Assembly (NCBI GenBank): GCA_000708835.1
Contig: DF237191.1
Span: 62,001-126,000, forward strand
Reading direction: 5' to 3'
DNA from: Klebsormidium nitens
Lineage: Eukaryota > Plantae > Klebsormidiophyceae
Length of the DNA: 64,000 bases
The notes under the pieces were generated by a model that was given only the letters and a program-made list of their open reading frames with translations, was not told the origin of the DNA and ran no database searches. The stretch's first letter is position 1, and every line of letters begins with the position of its first letter. This document shows, piece by piece, positions 10,943-22,535 of the stretch. A program made the position numbers and the translations under genes.

Positions 10943-13900
10943 ATGCAAGCGGCGCAGCCAGGAGCAGTGGCTTTCCCGCAAGGTGTGGTTCCGGGCGGAA
11001 TGCCTTCACAGCAAACGGACGAAAGAGAACAGCTTGGCCAGGCGTTTGTTGATGCCTCGCATACAGCGGCACCTGAACTCGGCATGCAGGGGCAATTCGC
11101 AGGCATTGAGCAGAGTTTGTGGAACCAGATCACGCAATTGGTGGGGAGCGAAGCTGGGGAAATGTTACGTGGCAGTCTGCTCCTCTCGCCGAACCAGGAA
11201 GCCGTGAGAAAGTTTCTGTTGGCCGGGGGGGTGGCTCAGACTCCGACGCAGCAGGGAGAGATTCAGGGGGATCAACCAAGCATGCAATGGCAGGCAGGTT
11301 GCGGAGCCCAAGAACCGCCGTCCGCGTTTCCGATGCAGGACGTTCCGTTTGAGCCCTCGAGCGGAGCCGGAACCGGGAGCCAAGAGGCGTCTCTCAGCGC
11401 ATGGGAACTAGGAGGGCCGCCAACGGATGCAGTGACGTCAGGAGAAGCGGTGACGTCAGAGAAGCATCTCGAGCGCCAGAATGCATTCAGAATTCCATTC
11501 GGCGGGCACACCTTCGATTCGGAAGCCGTTCCGCAACCCCTCCACCTTGAACCTCTCAGTCCCGACGGTCGGTCTCCTGAGAATACCCAAGCAGTTAAGA
11601 CTTTCCAAGAGGGACAACAGTGGGTAAACCTCCAAAGCGGTCAGGAAACCGTGCGCCAAGGAATGGGTGGCCACTTTGCTAACGTGGCAAGCACTCAGGA
11701 TCCCATCAACGTCCAATCGATGCCAAGCCCCAAGACTGCTTCGAAGGGCGACGCAACATGCGGTCCGCAAGGGGAGGTGTCCCCTCTGGCTGCGCTGCTG
11801 CGCACCTTCATCGCGACCGGCTTCGAGCGACAGCCCTCAGAGAGTGCGCCTCAGGGCGGTGCTTTCGGATTTACTCCCCCGGCCCCTTCAAAGGGCTTCC
11901 CGGCGCAGACATTTCCTGCGCAAAAGCAACCGGGGGGGCAGCCTTCTGTCCTCGGAGAATTGGGAACGAAGCAATCGGAAGAAGCGCGAAACATGCCTCA
12001 GGAAAACATTCTGCCCGAGCAAGTTTTAAGTGGGGTCTTTTCGGGTCAGCCGCTGCCGAATCCAAACGGAGGTTTCCCGAGGGATCCCTCTCAAGGGGGC
12101 AGCCAGCAATACCAGCCGGGGCAGTTCTCCGGTTGGCAGTCTCTAGCCGGCCAGCCTCCCGGAGAACAGAATGTGACGGGGGGTCGGCAAACGGTAGAGG
12201 CGCTCGGTGGGCAGGGTCCAACCGGTGGGCGAACACCGGTTGGTGGGCAGTTCTCGTTCGGTGGGCCGTTTTCGCGCGGTGGGGAGTTCCCGGGTAGTGA
12301 GCAGATTCCAGTTGGACAAGATGGGGAGAAGAGTCGTATCGGCTTCCAGAACGACCAGCGTCAAAGCGGAAATGTCGAGAACGCAGGCCTTCCAAGTGGG
12401 CACTTCTTGAGTGCTGGGAGTTCTGGTGGGCAGTTCGCCGGGGCGTATCTGCAGGCAGGGGGTGCAACGTCTCAGGTAAACCTTACATTCGTTATCCTCT
12501 GGCAGAACTTGGCAAGAACCGCGGTTGAGAGAAATGAAAACATGGAAGATTGACTCTAACGATAGCCTTTCAAAACAGCCTCTAGACCTGGATACTCACC
12601 GCCGATGCTGTGATTTGTGGACGACTTTCTGTGGACACTTTGCAGAAGACTACTACATTGTCCATCTTGCAGCACTTTATAAATAGAATTTTCAAACGGA
12701 CTGCAACCACATCGTTTCAGAAGCCTCGTGGTAATCGAATTTCCCGTCTAGTTTTAAAGTCGAAAATAGGGCACAGTTTTGTCTCCTCTTTCCGACGACG
12801 TTACACCGTTCTGCAGGCCCCTTTTCCCGGCGGTTCATCACCTTCCGGACAAATTCCAAGAACTCCAGGAGCGTTTCCGAGCGGGCAACCTCCACAAATT
12901 TTCAATGAAGCGCCTCTGCAGACACCTTTCCCGCCCGCTTTTGCCGCGTCGAACCCGGATACCCAATTGGGGGGGCCGTTCACTCCGTCGCAACAACCCA
13001 CTCCGCAGCGCGTTCCGGCCAGCGGACCAACGGAACTGTACCCCGCTCCAAAAGCTCCGACTCAGATCGTTCACCAGCACTTTCAACCGGCACAAAGCGT
13101 CCCGGCGAATCCAAACCTGCTGTCGCCGATAAGCCTTCCCGCCGCACGGGGCCCTCTCCCGGATATGCGGCGCGGGCCCCTATTCTCACAGATGCAAGCC
13201 CCGCCTTTTTTCCCGGGTCAAGTAAATCTTTACCCGGGTCAAGTTAATCCCGCCGGACCCGCCGCCCAAGGTCCAATTAGAGCCCAGTTCGCGTTCGCAA
13301 CACCGTTCCAGAACGCCTTCCGGCCAAGCGGTTACCAATCGGCGCAGTTTCCGGTGCCCGGTCCAAGCCCCCAGTTCTTTCCACGGGGCCAACGACCGGC
13401 AACTTTTCGCCGGCCAGCCTCTGTGCCCCCGAACGTTCCGTCGTTCCGCCCGGGGGAGCGCTTCCGTCCGTCCGGTCCGCTGCCGCCCCAGAATGTGGCC
13501 TACCGAGGAACTACGTGGCGAAGTGACGGATGGACTCCCAGGTTTGGTCCCCCGGGTGGAGGTTTCGGGAGAGGGGCCCCCAGGGGAGGAAGAGGGTGGC
13601 GCGGGGGTTCGCGCTTTCGAGTGCCTGATAGAGGGAATCAGCCCGAGGTGAGGAATGCTTGGAACTTCTGGACATTCTAAGTCTTATGTTTGATAAGACA
13701 GGTACTTCAGATTGAAAAAGACCATAATCATCCAAATGAAGTACGTGATCTGGTTCTAGATTTCGTAGTCTGCGCCCCAACAGCATCGACGTTCCGACGG
13801 GCTTATCCTTGCTCCAATGGCGCATGTTGGCGTTCAAGTGTCTCGTTGTTTGCATCGAGACCCATCTGTGCCGACTCTGCATTGGTCCTCTGATGTTCCA

Positions 13901-14870
13901 AGGTTCAAGTGGTGTCATATCTCTCTATAGGAAGTCGAGTTGGTCATGTTACATTTTTGAATCTTTCTTTATAAACAGATGATTGGCTACCTTTGACTGA
14001 CTGGTTGAACCATTGTCTCGTCGTGTGCAGCGCCCGGCGTACGGACCGCGTCCGCGGTATGTACCGTACGTTCGCAGCGACGTCCTGCTGCGTCAGCGCA
14101 TGACCTTCGAGCACGTGCCCCGAAAACGTCAGCACGAGGAGGAGGAGGCGGCACGTGACGAGAAGCGCGCGCATGCGCCTGACGAGAAGAACAAAGACGA
14201 AATCTCGCTCGAGAGCAGCGCGGAATCCGTGCAGAAAGATAAGAACAGGGGCGGAAGCGCGGAATCGGGTGTCGTCGAGAAGGCGAAAGACGAAGACCGC
14301 GAGAGAGAAGAGCCGGGGAAGCAAGAAGAACGGGGGGCGAGCGAATTGCCCGGTAAAGAGGACCGGGTGGTTCCAAAGCGGACGCATGTCAGGTTTTCGG
14401 AGGAGCAAGGGGGAGCGGAAACGGCGGAGGAGCAGAACGGAACGGCCGGAGAGGCGGAAGGAGAACCGGTGCAAAGTCCGGCGGTCGTGAATGCTGTTCC
14501 TGGAAGGGGAGGACATGAAACAGGAAAGAAAGCAGTGGCCTTCACGGAGAGAAGTGAGCTCACCAGAAACGGGCAGGAGCGGAACGCGGATCCGACCGGA
14601 ACCCGGAACGCGGGTTCCGGTCAGCGAGCGGAAGGAGCATTACCTGGGGCGCCCCCCGTCCAGAATGCTGTGTCGAACGCACTCCCAAGACCGATGCAAC
14701 CTCAATTTCAAAAAGCAGCAAACAGGTATATGTCGCAACGGGGAAAAGTCGGTGTGGACGGAGCAGCAGCGGATGCGCATATGCCGCAGCGAAACAAAGC
14801 GGCGGGAGCAGCCGTGACGTCGTATACGGGTCAGGTTCTGGAAGCCGCGGCGCTTTTGGGTGCGATTTGA
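10943..14870 (+). CDS. Low-complexity Pro/Gln/Gly-rich protein with an RGG box and an acidic/basic tail, ~1067 aa, function unknown
   Basis: Three long ORFs join in phase 0 at canonical splice sites: 10943-12475, 12817-13647, 14031-14870. Contains GGGFGRGAPRGGRGWRGGSRFR. An acceptor-like ttcttctaacAG ending at 10924 suggests a further upstream exon. Confidence 0.65.
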
Positions 14871-15749
14871 GGTCCATGTGAAGGTCCACATCGCTGGTAG
14901 ATAATGAACATAGGCTAGGTGAGCATGAGATATAGTGCTACATGTCATAGTCATCTGAAGCGGCTCAGCTACTTTCTTTCTCCATTCTGTAGCGCGGACC
15001 TGAGTAGTCACAAGATGTAAATCTCCTAAGATGCTATATCCTCATGTCTATAATTCAGTCTGCGGATGCAATGGTGTCCTACGGAGGATTTTGAAAAGTT
15101 GCAAACCCTCCATTTCAATCATGAGGATTGTTGATTTTGGGCAATTGATCGACAGGTTTGCATTCTCCACTTAAAAGCTGTATATCATCGCAATCCAGAT
15201 ATGATCATGACGCAACTTGTCTCTGGGGCCCACATTGAGATCTCAAACCCCGAAGATTGGACGCATGCAGAGTTCTGCTAGTACCAATAGCATTGTACGT
15301 GGCATGTGTGCACCTGTCGACCACTTATCTCAACTACTCTCATGCTAGGCTTTCAAGATTCTCGTCGACTTGCAGATACACGTATGACAAATCTCCTTAT
15401 CTTATGCAACATTGCTCCCGTTGAGTGAATCTAAAATGAACTTTGAAACAAGTAGCTGCTGTGGCTGCAAAGCCTGAACGCTCCCGAGTTCCGCAAACAC
15501 TGAGTTTCTACAATCATTTTGCATGCTATAATATGGGCAATGATTCGCTTAAGAACAGATTGGATTGCAGAATGCTGGTCAACATCTGCTCATAGTACGT
15601 TCTACTGTCATAAGAATCACCACCTTCACTACACAAATACTCCACCTGATCTGCACACTGTTTTCAAGCGCAGAAAGTGGCTCTACATTGGTAATTGCCC
15701 CTGCCTCTTATAATCCAGGTGACTGATCGGGAATTATTACCCGGCTCTT

Positions 15750-18700
15750 TCATGGCTTCCACTCCCTGTAGTTCTTAGGCGGAGTCGGCTTGTTCTTCAT
15801 GACATCTTCGACCTTCTCAATCACCTCGGACGTTAGCTTAGGCAAGAACTTGAGCGCTTCCTTGTTCTCCTCGAACTGCAAACGATTGCATCAAGAGCTT
15901 GGGGTGAGGAATCGGTCACGATCGTGGGCAGCATGAGCGTCAAAAAAAGGCCCGTTTATCTTGATCAGAAAAGCAGAAGCTTATCAACTCACTGACAATT
16001 GAATCCGCAAACCTGTGATTATCATGTTACTTTACATAAAGGCGGGTTTCTCCTCGCCCCTCGTAAGTCCGAAAAGTGGAGATTCTCGAGAATACGGAAC
16101 GTCTTCGAATAAACCAGCGCTCAATCGTCTCTATGAATACAATGTAGGCCAGAATAAGACAAGAATCAGAATCTATGCGACCTAGCAACTTCGTCCGGTT
16201 CCGCTTTCTATACGATCCGCCTACCTGTTCCCGCTTGGAGGCGCCCGTGAGAACCGTCGAGACGTGCGGGTTTTTGAGCACCCACGCGAGCGAGAACTGC
16301 GCGAGCGTGGCGCCAATTTCTTGCGCGATCGGCTTCAGCTTGTCCACCTTCTCCAGATTCTCTTCCGTCAGCAGGCGCTCCCTCAGGCTCTGCAGATGCA
16401 AAAAGGTAATTAGTCGCGGTCTGCATGTTGGGATTCTGGTTCAAAGGAAGTAGCACCACGGGCTTGAGATTCCAGCGGAAAGTTTCAAGCCGACAATGGA
16501 CTTCGACGAACAGGACAAGGAGGATTGGGCTCGCTGCTGTGGTTTTTGCAACACTCCATATGCAACAATAAACTCGTTCAAAGGCCTTAAGAATTTGTCC
16601 CGAAGGTCCCGGCTTTCCTATCCATCACTTCGTCTCTAGAGACCTCTTCTTTTGCGGATTTCGAAGCGACGAGGGGCGACCTCATCAGGTATCGGAACAG
16701 CACATCTGACCAATATGTGATCTTTGTTTCGCCAAATCTGTATCGTTTCTATTTTGACCACTTCTGTCGTCACTATGACGCATTCGAAGGCGTAGAGGGG
16801 CAGCCCTCAGACCCTTGCTAAAGCGCCCACGATTACGATTACGAGGGTGAAGCTGTTCAACCTAGGATCTGCATCCAAGCGACCTCCCAGATCCGTCATT
16901 TCAAGCGCGTAGAATTCCCAGGTTCTAGGGTACTGAAAACAAATACCCGGACAGCCTCACCTTGTACGCGTCGAGAGACAGGCGGGATCCCTCCGGGATG
17001 TGGCCCTTGGAGTACTTGCCCGTCAGCAGCCCGGACGCGAGCGGAGACCACGTGGTCAGACCCAACTTGTACTCCTCGTACAGAGGTTCGTACTCCACCT
17101 CGACCTGGGTACCAAAACTCCAAGCATATCAGAGATTTCGTTTTTCTTCGTGGGTGCTTTGCCAAATATGGGAGTAAGACCAGGCAGCCCCGCGGCTCCA
17201 AGAGCCCCGGCTTGTATATTCCATCTTGGGAACCAGATCAAGGATTTGGGGTTCTACCTCCGCTACAGACACGGCGTCTTGAGCTCCATAATTCAGCGGA
17301 TGAAACGGAAAGCTGTCCATTTTTTCAAAAGACGTCAATAGAGTCGGTACGTACGAGAATTTCGATCAAAATGACGAACCAGAATGAGATGGTCTGCCGA
17401 AACATTCCAGCCCTACCCTTAACAAATAAAAGAGCCAGAACAGCTCGAAAAGCTGACTGTGGTTAAAGACTCCCCTCGTAATCGACTAATGATCGGCCCA
17501 GAGCTCCTTCGACCGCGATGAAAAAGATCGTCATACTCATCCTCTTCATTAAACTAAGGAACCGTCTACAAATCTTGATTTACCATTTCCTGACTCCTTT
17601 TTCTCTTCATGTGCGGACGTGTTACGGTCGGACCTCTATCGTCATTTTAGGGGAGTAAAGATCCTTACAATCGACCGTTCAGAACATCCTGACAGGCCCT
17701 TGCCAGCTTAGAGCTGCGCACGCTGTGTGTTTCACATCCTGTCTTTGTGGAATAAATTTTACTTCAGCAGCTCCACGAAGTCCCACCAAGCCTACTTTGA
17801 TCTTGTGTATAAGTTTCTTGAACACTGAGGTTGTTTTCAGTGTGCGCGCGCATGAACTGCTCACCCGGGCCCTGTGGAACAGATAGCTCTTAGGCTGCTT
17901 CATCCATCAGGCCTAGACTGATACAGGGATCCTGAAATCTAAAGATTCATTTGTGCGCGCGCGCGCGCGCGAGCGGCTCACCCTGTCCCTATGGAAGAGG
18001 TTGTACTCTGGCTGCTCCACCACGGGCCCAATCAAGCCCAGCCGCTTGGCAATCCCCCACGCCGCTTCGATCTGCTGCGCGGACCACTCGCTCGTGCCCC
18101 AGTAGAATGCGTAGCCCTGAAAATGAGAGATTTTTGGAGCCATTTGAAAATGGGGTAATCTTTGCGTATTCTGCAAAAGCGGAGGAGCGGAGACCCGTCT
18201 TCTGTACTGCCCACAAAGGACCTTGAGTTTCTGAAAAATCCTACGTTTGCGCCCTTTCCCCGCTTGCGAGAATTTCTCGGACGTCCATTTGAGAGTCGAG
18301 GCGCAGTATCTTCACGCTCCCTGTATGACCGAAAGAGGGCTCAATACGAAACCGAAGATTTGTGATTTTTGGATGCTGCAGCAAATGTGGGTCGCATGGT
18401 CTGTCCGAAGAGGTAATCGCCGCGACGCGGCTCCCCACGGTGATGGAATATGCGACCCCCCAGCCACGGAGGCCCGAGGGCCTGCCACGTGGCGGGTTTT
18501 GATCTGTGACGTTTGCGCTGGAACATACGGCTTGGAAGCTACGCCGCTCCACAAGCGCAGGGCCGTCAGCCAGGCTGACTGACGACCCCCGTCACAATAT
18601 TCACTCGTCCCTAGGAGAATCCTTGAGTTTCTTGTCGGGAAATTTGACGGCTCTTATTGCAGCATGCCAAAGAAACCGGTGGCCTTCGGCAGTGAATGGC

Positions 18701-21059
18701 CTTGTGGTTGCCAAAAAGGTTTGCTGCGACTTTGGTCGCTGTCATCGCCGGCCTTCTTTGCATGTAGGGACACGCAAAGGTGTTCCGTCAAACAGGAGCA
18801 GGAACAATTCTCAGCGAACGCATCTTTTATGTCTCACTTCCGAGGACTGAAAGGAACCTTAAATCCCGTCAGCCGCTACACACTCCTCATGAACCATATG
18901 TAGATTCTAGATTTATAGTTCATAAGACTCAATGTTCAGTTAGTCTTCTTACCTTGTCGATGATGTGGTTGAATGCGCGCACAGTCTCCTCGATCGGGGT
19001 CGTGACGTCAGGCCGGTGCGCGTAGATGACGTCAAAGTAGTCGACCCCGTACCGCTTAAGCGACGCCTGGGTGCCCTCGATCACGTGCTTCCGGCACAGG
19101 CCTCTGCGCAGAAAATGATAAAACTTCGTTGTGAGATCGAATTGAAGTTCGTGGGTTGTTTCCCGAGCCGCCCTTTGATTGCTTAAAATTTTGGAAGCGT
19201 CAGGTTCCTTGCTTTCAGGCGAAAGCCTGTGCGCACGTGACGGGCGTCGTAATTGCGTTACCCTTGAAAGCAGATGGAATACACATGCCATCCTAAAATT
19301 AACCTCAAGAAACACCCCCAAAATGCGTTCACTACGTTCGTTCGGCTTTGGAGGCTCAACATCCCGAAACAGTCAAGACAGAAGATTTCTTCGACTTCCA
19401 TTTTAATGCACATTCCAGCAGAAAAGCGCCGACGAGATTCTCGAGCCATCAACAGAGCAGAAAAACTTTCTGAAACTCATTGAGATGATCCTCGATGCAA
19501 TCTATTTTGGATGATTATCGCAAGTCTGTCTTCCTGGGCATTCTTTCTCTGTGCCACCGATCGTGCGAGGCACCACCAAATCTCTCAAGTCCCGAACAAG
19601 CTTGTAAGCATCCTGCGGGCCCTCTAAAGCAAGTTTCTGCGCCACATTCAGCATCTGAGGGCAACGGAGTCTCACTTCTCATTGGGGGCTTCGCCGCCCC
19701 AGAAGATCTTGGTGGTGAGTACCAGCTCAGAGCGCTTGATGTCCAGCTCTTTGAAGGCCTGGCCCATCACCTGCTCCGCCTTGCCCCCCGCGTACACCTC
19801 AGCATTGTCTGCAATTAGGCCCAACCGGAGGAAATTATCCTTTAATGAAGAATAACTACCACCGAGAGAGGCAATATATGCCTGGTGTAAGGGGAATCGT
19901 TTGACCTTGCCATGGGCAGAATGAAGCGGAGCCCTATTAGACGCAAAGTACCACCATTAATTACAGAAGCACAACTAGTGTAGCCTTCGTAAGGTTCCTT
20001 TCCACAAGGTCGGCACGAGCACCGTTAAGTATATGGCTTCTGATAGGTCATGGCAAGAAGCTTTTGACAGAAAATGTACTGATGCCGGCGCCGTTTGTTG
20101 AATCACTGAAAACACCCTTCGCTCCACTTGAGGAAATCGTGAAAACAATGACGACGGACAACAACGACAACTAGGACGTGAAACCTGATCCACAAAGTCG
20201 ATATTGAAGGACTTTTGAAGGAAAGGACGAGGTGACTGACCGAAGAAGTTGACTCCTGAGTTAAACGCATCCTGGAGGATCTCTTTGGCCTCCGGGACCT
20301 GGGAGCATCGAGATGCGAGGTCAAGGTCCAGCAAAAAATACTCAGATTTGCAGAGAAACGAAGTCGGATGCTTTCTTTCAGAACACTTGAACACAGAAAT
20401 AGATTCAATCAGTACAGCAGGGCGCGAGAAGTTACCTCTACATGAGGAATCTATCATCGAGCATTTCCCCCGCAATATTCACAGAAAATGCGAATCGATG
20501 CTATGTTTCGCCGAGGTCAGCTGTCAGGCTCACCTGGACTTGGTTTCCAAATGTAACCTGCGGACCGGAGAGACTAGTTACGAACTTGTCGCGTCGCCAT
20601 AGAATTGTCTGCATCATTCCGTTTCCATGATTGCTTTGATTGAAGCTGCCTCTCGTCGAGATAACCGCAAAGGATGATGACCAGCAACCAGTGAACGTCC
20701 ATGCAGAATGCTGCCAATCAGCCTTTCGCTTCTCGCAAACTTACTTACCCAAGCACCCAAACCGAGGGCGCTCACTTTAAGGCCTGCATGCATAACGAAA
20801 AGACTAATCATTGATCCACATTATGCCGCTTACACAGAGTTAGTCGTATATCAGAGCAGACGAAGCACGCAATCGAGCAATGTCGCTCGACACGGGCGCA
20901 GAGTCATCAAACAGTAGACAGATACTTCAGCAGACCGTCTTTATCGGACAGAACACTCATTCAGGAATATGCATTCATCATGCAGACCTTCAGATTGACA
21001 GGCAGCAATTCTGTTCCTTGCTGGATCTTACCTGTGTTCCCTAGGAACCTGTACTCCAT
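15750..21059 (-). CDS. KAB1: Aldo-keto reductase of the K+ channel beta-subunit (AKR6/KAB1) family, copy A
   Basis: Ten exons giving [10 protein letters not shown] / [11 protein letters not shown] / VTFGNQVQ / [19 protein letters not shown] / [12 protein letters not shown]...TTKIFWGG / GLCRKH...YAHRPD / [12 protein letters not shown]...EQPEYNL / [13 protein letters not shown] / [19 protein letters not shown] / ...PKNYREWKP*. Confidence 0.93.
17955..17971. repeat. (GC)8G perfect alternating CG run in an intron of KAB1 copy A
   Basis: Directly visible as gcgcgcgcgcgcgcgcg, ending about 10 nt from a donor site. Confidence 0.9.
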
Positions 21060-22535
21060 CTCGAGGATCTTGCGGACCGTGCTTTGGCACATGCGATTGA
21101 GCCGTTCATAAAATGGACAAGGAGAATAAGCCCTGGTTCCTCCAGCTCCACAGGACCACTTGCAGCTCAACGGGACCCTGTAGAAATACTCCCCAGTCAA
21201 TCGATCACTTGGTCGAAACGAATGCTTCTCTGGGCCAGTCTACGGGGGCGCCTCTTCGCAAGCTTCTCCAGTGCTCTGCATAAGTTCAAGCTCAGGCGGC
21301 CAGGGAGGACGTCAGGAAGCTCGAAGCTGCCCCATGTCGGCCAAGCTCAAATCGACTTTGCCAGTAGATCGACATGCGCGATGCGAGGGCCGACAATGCG
21401 CGCGGCGCGCCGTCTCCTTCAGGCGCGCGGGCGCCTGCAGGATCGATACTGGCAACTCTCGTGTGACCTAACGGGCGTGTGAACTAGTCTCCATGCAACC
21501 CGGGCAGACAAACTAAATTCCTAACCGAGATAATCACGCGCTCCGCACCCATTGCCATCCCAACCCACCCTAACCACCTTACCTACCCCACCCGTCTCCC
21601 GGGCGCCTATTTTAGGTCACACGCCTGTAAAGTCACATGCGAGAGTTGCCAGAATGCAGGCTCGGCGCGGCCCGGGACTGGAGACCGTACCGCGTGCACC
21701 CCGCCCATATGCGTATGCTGCATTGACAACCTGAAGCACTGTCTAGAGCGGGTAAGGGCGGGTACGTTTAGTCAATTAGAAGAACCAGTGGAACGCTCTT
21801 GGAACTGATGACGTGGCGAACTTTATGTTTGGAATGTGGCCTTGGCGTTGCTCGATCGCGACCAACCGATGATCGAGAGCGCCCTCTGGCCCCAATTAAA
21901 CATTCACGTTTTCACCCCAAAAAACACGTTCCTTTCAACACCACTGTGCATGGGTCCGATCGCGAGTCATTCTAAGCGATCAAACTTCAGGACAACTCAA
22001 GAGCTTCATGAAACAAGAGAGGACCTTGACATGCGCGGTCCGGCCCGTCACGGCAAAATGAACGGTACCATTTGTAAAGAAGATAGATTTAAGTATTTCC
22101 CGTACACAGTAGAGGATTTTGCCGTGATACCAGCAGCTACAATAGATCAACTAGCATGATAGGCATTCATTGCAAACTATGATACCCGTACCGACGTACC
22201 CCGGTGTGAAATAAACTTGCTTCAGCAAAACTTTGGCACGTGGCCGGGCTGCAATGACAAACATACTATGGTATAGCTTAGCGCTGACGGGACTGGACAA
22301 GGGTCTGATCTGACGCGTCATGCAAATCTTACTATTAATCGAAGCATTCCGGGAGAACCTTATCGTACATTGGAAGCTGACTGTCACAAAATCTCGGATC
22401 TAGAATATTGTGAGCGACTGTGGTTGTCGCGTGCAGACCTTCTGACTTGGATCCAACGCACGCATACAGTCAACATATCTAATCAAGGAGCAACCCTTTC
22501 CAGCAGATAAGGACCAGCCGAACTCTGCCATCCCG

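Noticed and set aside
11758-14889. Long antisense and alternative-frame ORFs overlapping the P/Q/G-rich gene
   Set aside because: Expected shadow ORFs of GC-rich low-complexity coding sequence.
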